Of a DNA stretch of 32,000 nucleotides, positions 1-13,496 are shown one piece after another. Positions within the stretch are counted from its first letter, which is position 1. Each line of letters opens with the position of its first letter. The DNA is taken from positions 330,001 through 362,000 of the forward strand of contig NZ_CP092368.1 in assembly GCF_025021925.1 (NCBI RefSeq), in the 5' to 3' direction. The notes below the pieces were generated by a model. The model was not told where the DNA came from, did not search any database, and saw nothing but the letters and a program-made list of their open reading frames with translations. The stretch is from Candidatus Saccharimonadota bacterium (GTDB lineage: Bacteria > Pseudomonadota > Alphaproteobacteria > Rickettsiales > Anaplasmataceae). A program made the position numbers and the translations under genes.

Positions 1-4629
<4,629 letters not shown>

Positions 4630-4686
4630 AATGTCTGTTTTCTTTTAAAAAAGAGTTATTTAAGATCACTTAAACTTCTTTTTAGT

Positions 4687-5583
4687 TCATAACAATCTTT
4701 GTATCACTCTTAATTTTGCTGAACGCGCTCTTGGATTTTTGGTCACTTCTTCTATACTCGCTCTGATGATTTTTTTATTTACAATATGGAATTGCTTATC
4801 TTGATTCATTGCTATTTTCGTATTCTCTAAATCTTTAAATAAAGTTTTGACTATACGATCTTCTAAAGAATGAAATGTAATCACAATTAATATACCATTC
4901 TTGTTTAATATACTAGAAGCTACTGTAATACCTTTTTTTAGTTCTTTGAGCTCATCATTTACCCATATTCTAATTGCTTGAAAAGTCTTAGTTGCAGAAT
5001 CTATTCTATGTTTACCTCTTGATATGACAGAGTGTATTATATTTGCAAGCTCATGTGTAGTCTTAATCATCTTTTTTTGTCTTACATTAACTATTGCTCG
5101 AGCAATTTTACGAGCATGTTTTTCTCCTCCATAGGAGAATATGATATCTGCCATTTCCTTTTCATTTAATTCATGAATAAATGTTGATGCAGTCATGTGA
5201 GAAGTATTATCCATATTCATATTCAGAGGCCCATTATGCAAGAATGAGAATCCTCTATTGCCATCAGAAAGCTGCATAGAGGACGTACCAACATCAAAAA
5301 CTATTCCATCGACCCTTTCAATACTATAAGTCTCTAATATTTTTTTCATATTACTAAATTTATCAATAGAGAGTTGTATTTTATTTGAATATTTTGATCT
5401 CATTTCAATATAAAAATTTTTCACTATTGCATCTCTATCAATAGCATATATTTGACAGTTTGCTAATTGCAATATTGCTTGACTATAGCCACCTGCTCCA
5501 AATGTAGCATCTACATATAAGCCACCATCTTTGGGTGCAAGGTATAAGAGCATTTCTTGTAATAAAACAGGTATATGTTTCAT
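4687..5583 (-). CDS. rsmH: 16S rRNA (cytosine1402-N4)-methyltransferase RsmH/MraW
   Basis: 298 aa. The N-terminus HIPVLLQEMLLYLAPKDGGLYVDATFGAGGYSQAIL is the RsmH SAM-binding signature, followed by ...FDVGTSSMQLD-like and FHSLEDRIVK motifs. Confidence 0.92.
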   Translation of the reverse strand: MKHIPVLLQEMLLYLAPKDGGLYVDATFGAGGYSQAILQLANCQIYAIDRDAIVKNFYIEMRSKYSNKIQLSIDKFSNMKKILETYSIERVDGIVFDVGTSSMQLSDGNRGFSFLHNGPLNMNMDNTSHMTASTFIHELNEKEMADIIFSYGGEKHARKIARAIVNVRQKKMIKTTHELANIIHSVISRGKHRIDSATKTFQAIRIWVNDELKELKKGITVASSILNKNGILIVITFHSLEDRIVKTLFKDLENTKIAMNQDKQFHIVNKKIIRASIEEVTKNPRARSAKLRVIQRLL

Positions 5584-5678
5584 TTATCGCATAAGGAGAG
5601 AATTTAATATAACATATCTCACTTGTAGTGTATAGCTAAACATTCGTGAGCAGAAGAGATAAATATAGAAAGTAATTT

Positions 5679-6458
5679 TTAATTATAAGGAGGATAATGT
5701 AAATTTTTAGGTGATAATGTAAATATCTCAATACCATCTTGTGTTACTCCAATTGTATGCTCAAATTGAGCAGATAGTGAAAGATCTTTTGTATACACTG
5801 TCCAATTATCCCGGCTAATGATAGTATGATGTTTTCCAGCATTAATCATTGGCTCTATTGTAAAAAACATTCCTTCTCTAATAATTATATTATTACTTGG
5901 ATCATAAAAATGCATAACATTTGGAGATGTATGAAAAACCTGTCCTATGCCATGTCCGCAATATTGACGCACAATAGAATATCCAAATCGTTTAATGTAT
6001 TGTTCTATTACGCGACCTATTTCATTTAACTTATTACCCGGTTTAATACATTCACATGCAGTAAGTAATGCGTTATATGTTGCATGACATAGGAGTTTTG
6101 CTTGTGACGATGGTTGACCTATCCAAAACATACGACTTGTATCACCATACCATCCATCCAAAATCACTGTGATATCAATATTCAAAATATCTCCTACTTT
6201 AAGAGGAGTATCGTCAGGAATGCCATGACACACTACCGAGTTTTTTGAAGTACAAATTGACTTTGGAAATCCATTATAATGCAATGGTGCAGGAATGCCG
6301 CCTGACTGCACTATAAAAGAATGACATAAATCATTTAAGTCATTAGTAGTCACATCCACATCTATATAAGGTATGAGAAAATCAAGTGTTTCAGCAGCAA
6401 GTCTACCAGCCCTACGCATCCATACAAATTCTTTCTGTGAATGTATAGTAATCTGCAT
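5679..6458 (-). CDS. map: Type I methionine aminopeptidase
   Basis: 259 aa. MetAP-I blocks are present: VCHGIPDD, DITVILDGWYGDTSRMF, YCGHGIG, FTIEPM, AQFEHTIGVT. Confidence 0.93.
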   Translation of the reverse strand: MQITIHSQKEFVWMRRAGRLAAETLDFLIPYIDVDVTTNDLNDLCHSFIVQSGGIPAPLHYNGFPKSICTSKNSVVCHGIPDDTPLKVGDILNIDITVILDGWYGDTSRMFWIGQPSSQAKLLCHATYNALLTACECIKPGNKLNEIGRVIEQYIKRFGYSIVRQYCGHGIGQVFHTSPNVMHFYDPSNNIIIREGMFFTIEPMINAGKHHTIISRDNWTVYTKDLSLSAQFEHTIGVTQDGIEIFTLSPKNLHYPPYN

Positions 6459-7298
6459 TTCTTATTTCCTTTTTTTAAATTTCATTAAAAGCTACATTTA
6501 GATTTCCTAACAATATCATTAAGTTATGCCCTTGATCAAATTTCTTTCACTGATAATATATTAAGAATAATTTTTTATAAAAGAAGTAATATCATAATTA
6601 ATTAATACATTATACAACAAAAAAATACTAGATATGTTATCTTAACAGCAATATCAATAATAATAAAATTTTAGTTCACTTGAATTCTTTATCATCTCAT
6701 CTAGACTATCACTCTATATCATGCTATCTTGTATTTTATTTACTCTCATATTTCTGCATACCTGCAATGTTAATATTAAAGATGCGTAAATGAGATTTGT
6801 CATCTTGAAACTTTCTAATACATCAATTATAAATTGCTTTTGTATATTGAGACAATATATAGAAGATTAAAAAACATTTTAGAGGGCACAAGACTTCCAT
6901 ATATTCTTTGTATATTACGCATTTACTATTACTGGCTTAGTAACGAATGTCAAGAAGTGATAATATATAAAATATGCAAAGAGAAAAAAATCTTTAAAAT
7001 TGTTTTTACCATAAATATGTTACTCAAGATTTTTTGATTAGGAATATCACATGCAAATATGATATTTTCATGGAATCTTAATAAGAAAAATTAAATTCTA
7101 CTTCAAGACACTTTTTAAGTGTTTTACGGAAACATACATTTAATATAAGATATATAAAATATTTTTTTTTCCTTTACAGGGCTACAATAAAATGTACAAA
7201 ACTCAATTTTTGTAAAGTTTTTTTTTAGCACTTATGTTCTTATATAGTAATATCACATTATTTTAATATACTTGTATATTTGAGCTATATAATTACTT

Positions 7299-7841
7299 AT
7301 GTCTAAATTACCAGTTATAGTTGCTCCTGATGATAAACTCATGCTTCATTCATTAGAAGTGACAGAAATTAATCATGAGATTATAGACTTAGTCAATGAT
7401 ATGATTGAGACAGTATTTGATGTAGATGGCTTTGGTCTTGCGGCAGTGCAAGTTGGTATACTTAAAAGAGTATTTGTCACTCGAATACCATTAGAATATT
7501 TAGATGAATATTCTCAATATCAATCAACAGGTACTTTTACAATGATTAATCCTGAAATTATAGAATTATCTAATGAAAAGATTATTTTAAAAGAAGGCTG
7601 TCTATCTCTACCATATCAATATTATGATATTAAGAGACCAAAGTATTTAACCATACGATATATAGATTTAGAGAGTAAAGCATGCATATTACAAGCTAGT
7701 GGCTGGCTTGCTAGATGCATTCAACATGAAATTGATCACTTAAATGGTATTTCATATATTAGACATTTATCTAAATTAAAGTATGATATAGCAATGAAAA
7801 AAGCTCAAAGAGTGAAAGATCAGATTAATATATCAATATGA
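7299..7841 (+). CDS. def: Peptide deformylase
   Basis: 180 aa with all three PDF motifs: GLAAVQVG, EGCLS, QHEIDHLNG. The stop TGA (7839-7841) overlaps an ATG at 7838-7840. Confidence 0.93.
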   Translation: MSKLPVIVAPDDKLMLHSLEVTEINHEIIDLVNDMIETVFDVDGFGLAAVQVGILKRVFVTRIPLEYLDEYSQYQSTGTFTMINPEIIELSNEKIILKEGCLSLPYQYYDIKRPKYLTIRYIDLESKACILQASGWLARCIQHEIDHLNGISYIRHLSKLKYDIAMKKAQRVKDQINISI

Positions 7842-7927
7842 ATAAACATATACTAGAAATACTCAAGTTTTACTCAGAGCTAGGAATTGATTATTTTTTA
7901 GAAGACAACTATGAAAAAAAAAAGTAG
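7838..7927 (+). pseudogene. Detached N-terminal fragment of the downstream family-4 uracil-DNA glycosylase, in a different frame and ending just after an A10 tract
   Basis: The ATG at 7838 overlaps the def stop (ATGA). Translation gives MNKHILEILKFYSELGIDYFLEDNYEKKKK*, stop at 7925-7927. The (L)xFYxExG(I/V)D(Y/E)xLxD pattern is what I recall from the N-termini of alphaproteobacterial family-4 UDGs. The frame-1 UDG ORF is already open from 7915, inside the same A tract (7914-7923). Confidence 0.55.
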
Positions 7928-7950
7928 CAGATAAAGATCAGAGAGACAAT

Positions 7951-8679
7951 TTGTGCACATCTAATGTAGATAGTACAAACAAAATTGTACAAGAGCAATA
8001 TATGAATACTACTTGTAGTCATACTGAACGAATTCAGAATCATCAAGCTATGTTTCCTAGTGATTGGATATATCAAGCAAGAAGACTAGCAAATGTATGC
8101 AATAGTCTTGATGATCTCAAAAGATCAATATCTTCTTTTGAAGGATGTCACATAAAAACTACTGCAACTAATACTGTATTTTCTGATGGTAATCCACATG
8201 CAAAAATTATGCTCATAGGCGAAGCACCAGGAATAAATGAAGATATACAAGGTATACCATTTTGTGGTGCAAGCGGTGTCTTATTAGATAAAATGTTACA
8301 TGCAATCAATCTTGATCGTAGTCAAGTATACATAAGTAATACCATTTTTTGGCGTCCTCCTGGTAATAGAAAACCAACAAATCTAGAGCTTGATATTTGT
8401 AAACCATTTGTAGAAAAACATATTGCAATAGTTGCACCAAATATCCTCATTTTAGTAGGAGGTATTGCTTGTTATAATTTGCTCAATATTACAAAAACCA
8501 TATCAGTATTACGTGGTAGATTCTATCAATATAATAATCAATATCTATCTCATGCAATTACTACATCTGTTATCTTTCATCCTGCATACTTATTGCGTCA
8601 ACCAACACAAAAGAGGGTCACATGGGAAGATCTAAAAAAAATCAAGGAATATATAGATACATGGAAAAACATGAATTAA
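7951..8679 (+). CDS. Uracil-DNA glycosylase, family 4 (SPO1 DNA-polymerase-related type); catalytic part, apparently separated from its N-terminus by a frameshift
   Basis: Family-4 UDG motifs are present: TNTVFSDGNPHAKIMLIGEAPGINEDIQGIPFCGASG, FWRPPGNRKPT, FHPAYLLRQP. The track start at 7951 is TTG; the first ATG is at 8002. See the frameshift finding. Confidence 0.85.
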   Translation: MCTSNVDSTNKIVQEQYMNTTCSHTERIQNHQAMFPSDWIYQARRLANVCNSLDDLKRSISSFEGCHIKTTATNTVFSDGNPHAKIMLIGEAPGINEDIQGIPFCGASGVLLDKMLHAINLDRSQVYISNTIFWRPPGNRKPTNLELDICKPFVEKHIAIVAPNILILVGGIACYNLLNITKTISVLRGRFYQYNNQYLSHAITTSVIFHPAYLLRQPTQKRVTWEDLKKIKEYIDTWKNMN

Positions 8680-8705
8680 TTTATTCAATAATGCACTAAA
8701 AATAG

Positions 8706-8734
8706 TGGTCAAAATATCAATTAAGTAATATAAT
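8706..8734 (+). promoter_or_regulatory. Candidate sigma-70 promoter for pepA (TGGTCA-17 nt-TATAAT)
   Basis: TGGTCA at 8706-8711, a 17-nt spacer, then a perfect TATAAT at 8729-8734. This lies ~50 nt upstream of the pepA ATG, which itself has a strong SD (AGGAG 8771-8775). This is consensus matching only, and false positives are common in AT-rich DNA. Confidence 0.3.
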
Positions 8735-8783
8735 TCACTTGAATTGTTTAATATATCATTTTTCTTGAATAGGAGTACAAATA

Positions 8784-10250
8784 ATGCAGATACAAGTTTC
8801 TACTATTTCTCCTAATTTTAAATTCATAGTCACGGGTCTCTTTGAAGGCAATAATTCTTTAAGAGATTATAGTATGTTCAAGAAAAATGATATATTAAAA
8901 AATATTGTGCAATTAAGAGATGATTTTAATGGTGCTTTTGGTGAGTGTTTTCTTATTACATTACCAGAGGCACAACAATTATTAATAATAGGGCTTGGTG
9001 ACAAGAATGCATGGAATACAGAACAAGGATTAAAGATTGGTGGCAAAATATATTGCGAATTAAGCAAATTAAAGATTAAACGCGCAGCAATATTAATTGA
9101 AGATGAATGTATATTGAAAATTGGATATGGAGCACTACTACGTAGTTTTAAATTTGATAAATATAAAACTAGAGATTGTTCTAAAATATCATATGTAGAA
9201 GAGATAATGATTTTGGTAAGAAATGAACATTTGACTGATTCAGTCAGTTTATTTGAGTCTTTAAAACAAGAAGCAAATGGTGTCTTTCTTGCACGTTCTT
9301 TTATTACAGAACCACCTAATATTTTATATCCTCATACTTATGCTGAAAGTATAAAACATAGTCTTACTAAATTAGGAGCCGATGTAGAAATATTTGATAC
9401 AAAGTATATGCAAGAACATAAAATGGGTGCGCTACTTGGAGTAGCGCAAGGCAGTAGTAAAGAACCAAAATTAGTAGTTATTAAATGGAATGGTGCAGAT
9501 ATACAACATAAAAGTATTGCCTTTATTGGAAAAGGAGTAACATTTGATACTGGTGGTATCTCATTAAAACCTACACGAGGTATGGAAGCAATGAAATATG
9601 ATATGGCTGGATCTGCTGTAATAGTGGGTGCAATGCATATTTTAGCAGAACGAAAGGCTCGCATTAATGCTGTTGGTGTATTAGTTCTTGTAGAAAATGC
9701 AATAGATGGCAATGCACAAAGGCCTAGTGATATAGTAGTCTCAATGTCTGGCCAAACAATAGAGGTACTCAATACTGATGCAGAAGGTAGATTAATTCTT
9801 GCAGATGCTTTATGGTATACGCAAAATAGATTTGCACCGCAATGTATGATTGATCTTGCAACTTTAACTGGGGCAATTATAGTAGCGCTTGGTACTAATG
9901 AATATGCTGGACTCTTTTCAAATAATGAAGAACTCGCTGCACGTCTTATCAGTGCAGGTGATGAGGTTAATGAAAAACTTTGGCGCTTTCCTATGAATGA
10001 TATATATAACAAAAAGTTAAATTCAGAAATTGCTGATATGCGTAACATTGCACCCGCAGGATATGGTGGAGATAGTATTATTGCTGCACAGTTTTTAAGT
10101 CGTTTTGTTAATAATACTTGTTGGGCGCATTTAGATATTGCAGGCACCTCATGGCAGGATTCAGAATCCGATTTGTGTCCTATAGGAGCAGTGGGATTTG
10201 GTGTGAGATTACTTAATACATTAGTACAAAAGTATTACGAGATAGTATAA
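8784..10250 (+). CDS. pepA: Leucyl aminopeptidase (M17 family)
   Basis: 488 aa. M17 signatures: VTFDTGGISLKP, MKYDMAGSA, NTDAEGRLILADAL, HLDIAG. The ATG is preceded by AGGAG. Confidence 0.93.
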   Translation: MQIQVSTISPNFKFIVTGLFEGNNSLRDYSMFKKNDILKNIVQLRDDFNGAFGECFLITLPEAQQLLIIGLGDKNAWNTEQGLKIGGKIYCELSKLKIKRAAILIEDECILKIGYGALLRSFKFDKYKTRDCSKISYVEEIMILVRNEHLTDSVSLFESLKQEANGVFLARSFITEPPNILYPHTYAESIKHSLTKLGADVEIFDTKYMQEHKMGALLGVAQGSSKEPKLVVIKWNGADIQHKSIAFIGKGVTFDTGGISLKPTRGMEAMKYDMAGSAVIVGAMHILAERKARINAVGVLVLVENAIDGNAQRPSDIVVSMSGQTIEVLNTDAEGRLILADALWYTQNRFAPQCMIDLATLTGAIIVALGTNEYAGLFSNNEELAARLISAGDEVNEKLWRFPMNDIYNKKLNSEIADMRNIAPAGYGGDSIIAAQFLSRFVNNTCWAHLDIAGTSWQDSESDLCPIGAVGFGVRLLNTLVQKYYEIV

Positions 10251-10447
10251 TCATATACAGTACAAGCGAAATTACTGATGAAACATACATTACTTTCACT
10301 CTATCTCTTCAACAATTTCATTTTGTGCAATATCCTAAAATCTTTAGAGTGATATATCATTTTGATTATATTCACTTCAAACTTGCAAATCCTCATGAGA
10401 GGGTATAGAATAATTGCTATTTCTCTACGCAATAACATTGTACTTAA

Positions 10448-11734
10448 ATGAATTGGTTATTGGTGCTTCTCTCATTAGTAATTTTGATTTTATTAATTTT
10501 ATCATTTTTATTTTCAGGAGCAGAAATAGGACTGACTACCATCAGTCGATCTCGAGTGAATAAGCTAAAACTAGATGGTAATAAACGAGCACATATAATA
10601 TCTCTCTTATTGAGTAAAAAGGAATTAACAATAGGTACAATATTATTTGGTAATACAATTATTACTCTAACTTATTCTGCACTATTCACAGCAATTTTTA
10701 TAAATTTTTTTGGTAATGAAAGTATTGTGCTCTCAACAATTATAATGACTTTTTGTATTTTATTGTTTTGCGAAATGTTACCTAAAACTTATGCTATGCA
10801 AAATCCTGAAAAATTCGCATCATTTTCTGCGTATTTTTTACTCTTTTTTGTAAAATTTTTTTCTCCATTAACATTAGCAATACAATGTATTGTGAATCTT
10901 ATCTTGACATTATGTGGATTACATAAAGATAAAGAAGTTATTTCTGCAGCTGATGCTATGCGTAATATGCTTACCTTACATCATAGTGATGGTACTATGT
11001 TACAGAGGGATTTAGAAATGTTAAGTAGCATTCTTGATTTGGCTGAGACTAAAATATCACAAATCATGACATATAAGAAGCATTTATTCTCTCTTAATAT
11101 CAATCAAAATAAAGAAGCATTGATAGAGAAAATTTTAACTAGTAGTTATAGTAGGATTCCATTATGGAATAAAGATATAGAAGATATTATAGGAGTGATT
11201 CACGTAAAAGATCTTATAAATGTTTTACGTGAAAAGAATAATAAAATAGAAGATATACAAATTACAAAAATTATTTCAAAACCTTGGTTTATATCAGAAA
11301 GTACGTTACTTAGTGTACAGCTACATAATTTTCGTCAGAATAGAAAACATTTTGCACTTGTGATAGATGAATATAAATTATTGCAAGGTATAGTCACACT
11401 TGAAGATATCTTAGAAGAAATAGTAGGAGAAATTTCAGATGAGCATGATTTAACTACAGATACTTTTATATATAATATTTCCAATGAAATTTATCATATT
11501 GCAGGAAAAGCGAAAATTAAAGATATTAATCAACAATTACATTTAGAATTACCTGAAGATTCTACAACTCTTTCAGGTATGATTATAAAAGAGAGAGGAT
11601 ACATTCCCGAAGAACGAGATGAATATGTTATGTATGGTTGTCTCTTAAAAATTTTAAAAAAAAATAAAAATATGATTATTCTTGTTGAAGTACAGATAAA
11701 CACTGATAATGATACTATCTCTATTACTAATTAA
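10448..11734 (+). CDS. tlyC: CNNM/DUF21 transmembrane + CBS-pair + CorC_HlyC domain protein (TlyC/hemolysin C-like putative ion transporter)
   Basis: 428 aa. It has an N-terminal multi-helix membrane domain (FSGAEIGLTTISRSRVNKL), a central CBS region (IMTYKKHLFSL...SRIPLWNKDIEDIIGVIHVKDL...HFALVIDEYKLLQGIVTLEDILEEIVGEI), and a C-terminal CorC/HlyC-like tail. Confidence 0.85.
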   Translation: MNWLLVLLSLVILILLILSFLFSGAEIGLTTISRSRVNKLKLDGNKRAHIISLLLSKKELTIGTILFGNTIITLTYSALFTAIFINFFGNESIVLSTIIMTFCILLFCEMLPKTYAMQNPEKFASFSAYFLLFFVKFFSPLTLAIQCIVNLILTLCGLHKDKEVISAADAMRNMLTLHHSDGTMLQRDLEMLSSILDLAETKISQIMTYKKHLFSLNINQNKEALIEKILTSSYSRIPLWNKDIEDIIGVIHVKDLINVLREKNNKIEDIQITKIISKPWFISESTLLSVQLHNFRQNRKHFALVIDEYKLLQGIVTLEDILEEIVGEISDEHDLTTDTFIYNISNEIYHIAGKAKIKDINQQLHLELPEDSTTLSGMIIKERGYIPEERDEYVMYGCLLKILKKNKNMIILVEVQINTDNDTISITN

Positions 11735-11928
11735 AACATCTTGATAAAATGTCATACAGTAAAATATAAATTATATAGATATAACAAATAAAAACAGGGA
11801 GTAATATAAAGTAAAGATAGAATATTACTATATAATATATGATATATATCAATATAAGAGACAATGTAATATGAAATCATTTTTTATATTCACTCTTTCT
11901 AAGAGAAATTTTTTTTGCGATAAATACA

Positions 11929-12528
11929 GTGAATAATAAAATTATTATTGGAATTAGTGGCGCATCCGGTGCGATTTATGGATTACGAATCTTAGAGATA
12001 TTAAAAGAGATGAATAAATCTTGTAATCATTCTGATGTAATAAAAAAATCTTATGAAATACATTTAGTAATCAGTCAGGCCGGAAAGATGACATTATCTC
12101 ATGAAGTCCATATGCAATTAGAAGATATTACTTCACTTGCAGATTTTTACTACTCTGAAGATAAGATTGGTGCAAGAATAGCAAGCGGGTCATTTAAAAC
12201 ATTAGGAATGATTATAGCTCCGTGTTCTATAAAAACAATGTCAGAAATAGCATCTGGTGTGACTACTACGCTATTAACAAGAGCTGCAGATGTCACCCTA
12301 AAAGAACGTAGAAAGTTAATCATGATGGTCCGAGAGTCTCCTCTGCATCTTGGACATCTCAAAAATATGTTAAAACTCACAGAGATGGGTGCTATTATTG
12401 CACCTCCAGTGCCAGCTTTTTATATGCAGCCAAGATGTATAAATGATATAATTAATCATTCTGTAAATAAAGTGCTAGATATGTTTGATATTACATTGTC
12501 TAATCTACATATTTGGCAAGGAATATAA
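11929..12528 (+). CDS. ubiX: Flavin prenyltransferase UbiX
   Basis: 199 aa with a GTG start. Supporting blocks: IIIGISGASGAIYGLRILE, MIIAPCSIKTMSEIASG, RAADVTLKERRKLIMMVRESPL, AIIAPPVPAFY. Confidence 0.9.
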   Translation: MNNKIIIGISGASGAIYGLRILEILKEMNKSCNHSDVIKKSYEIHLVISQAGKMTLSHEVHMQLEDITSLADFYYSEDKIGARIASGSFKTLGMIIAPCSIKTMSEIASGVTTTLLTRAADVTLKERRKLIMMVRESPLHLGHLKNMLKLTEMGAIIAPPVPAFYMQPRCINDIINHSVNKVLDMFDITLSNLHIWQGI

Positions 12529-12536
12529 GAAACGAA

Positions 12537-13424
12537 ATGTCTGCAGTAATTATTGATGGTAATAAAATATCAAAAATTCTCTATGAGAGTTTATCACAAA
12601 GAATTTCTCAGTTATATAGAGAATATCATATTATTCCTTGTCTCAGAGTAATTCTTGTAGGTAATCATCCAGCAAGTCAATTATATGTACGTAATAAACA
12701 AAAATGTGCAGAGTCAATAGGTATTCAATCTGAAGTTATTCTTTTATCTTCTAAGACATCAGAAGATCAACTAATAGACAAGATTAATGAATTCAATCAA
12801 GATCATTCTGTACATGGTATTTTAGTGCAATTACCCTTACATAAGAATATTAATTTATCCAAAATAATGAATATGATTAACATAGAAAAGGATGTAGATG
12901 GATTTCATAATGAAAATATTGGTAAATTAGTAAAAGGAGATAAAACATCTCTTATATCTTGTACTCCCAAAGGAGTTTTATATCTTCTAAAATCAATTGA
13001 ACATACTCTATCAGGTAAACATGCAGTAATACTTGGTAGATCTAATATAGTAGGTAAGCCAATGTTTCATCTTCTATTACAAGAAAACTGCACTGTTACG
13101 ATGTTACATTCAAAGAGTAACAATTTATCTCAATATTGTGCTCAAGCTGATATACTAGTTGTAGCAGTTGGTATTCCTTCTTTTGTACAGTCTCATTGGA
13201 TAAAGCAAGGAGCTATAGTCATAGATGTTGGGATCAACTATGTAATCAATGCACAAGGACAAAGAAAGATTATAGGTGATGTAGACTTTGAGCCCATAAA
13301 GGGAAAAGCGCTAGCTATTACACCCGTACCAGGTGGAGTAGGACCAATGACTATTGCCTCTCTTATGGTCAATGTTTTTATTGCTGCATGTATCCAAAAT
13401 AGAATTGATATATGCATGATATAA
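12537..13424 (+). CDS. folD: Bifunctional methylenetetrahydrofolate dehydrogenase/methenyl-THF cyclohydrolase
   Basis: FolD blocks: PCLRVILVGNHPASQLYVRNKQK, GILVQLPLHK, DVDGFH, VILGRSNIVGKPM, TPVPGGVGPMT. The track ORF begins at TTG 12513 inside ubiX. The ATG at 12537 (MSAVIIDG...) fits the family N-terminus better. Confidence 0.92.
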   Translation: MSAVIIDGNKISKILYESLSQRISQLYREYHIIPCLRVILVGNHPASQLYVRNKQKCAESIGIQSEVILLSSKTSEDQLIDKINEFNQDHSVHGILVQLPLHKNINLSKIMNMINIEKDVDGFHNENIGKLVKGDKTSLISCTPKGVLYLLKSIEHTLSGKHAVILGRSNIVGKPMFHLLLQENCTVTMLHSKSNNLSQYCAQADILVVAVGIPSFVQSHWIKQGAIVIDVGINYVINAQGQRKIIGDVDFEPIKGKALAITPVPGGVGPMTIASLMVNVFIAACIQNRIDICMI

Positions 13425-13496
13425 AAAATAATATTCCTATAATTATTAGAGATTGTATTTTTCATATCGTATTCATCAGTGAAATAAGACGTACTA

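Noticed and set aside
6834-7037. A 67-aa ORF inside the map-def spacer
   Set aside because: It starts at TTG, has no SD, and its low-complexity Y/I/K/L-rich sequence shows no motif. That is not enough to call a gene. The spacer itself is reported as a finding.
7839-7841. Possibility of an alternative genetic code (TGA read as Trp), given the very low GC content
   Set aside because: def ends at a TGA exactly where the family C-terminus ends, and all housekeeping ORFs are full length under the standard code with no need to read through TGA.
8734-8748. Recurring short motifs TTCACT(T) and TTGAATTG in several intergenic regions (about 6675, 8736, 10371, 11890, 25865, 26609, 28014), including an identical 11-mer TTATATTCACT on both sides of tlyC
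   Set aside because: A rough estimate from A/T-biased base composition suggests that 8-mers like TTGAATTG should occur a few times, and that hundreds of shared 11-mer pairs arise by chance in 32 kb. Spacing to -10-like elements and to start codons is inconsistent. Part of the motif is just TATAAT/TATATT followed by CACT.
9338-10147. A 269-aa ORF antisense to pepA, strikingly long for such an AT-rich genome
   Set aside because: It lies entirely inside the well-supported pepA CDS, offset by one base from its codon phase. Stops in that antisense frame require T/C-ending codons before Tyr/His/Gln codons, and these happen to be absent here. The product is low-complexity (S/A/P/I-rich) with no recognisable motif, so it is treated as a shadow ORF.
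10251-11928. Possibility that the spacers flanking the tlyC/CBS-domain gene contain the replication origin, since a hemE-tlyC interval has been proposed as the ori in Wolbachia and relatives
   Set aside because: hemE is not adjacent; the neighbours are pepA and ubiX. Both spacers are only ~195 bp. I see no good DnaA boxes (TTATCCACA-like) or clustered TTAA-N7-TTAA CtrA sites. Genomes of this type also carry more than one CBS-domain/CorC paralogue.
12513-12536. N-terminal extensions implied by track starts at non-ATG codons (folD TTG 12513, fbaB GTG 18191, rpoZ TTG 25601)
   Set aside because: In each case an in-frame ATG a few codons downstream reproduces the family-typical N-terminus. The extension either overlaps the upstream gene or adds non-conserved hydrophobic residues.
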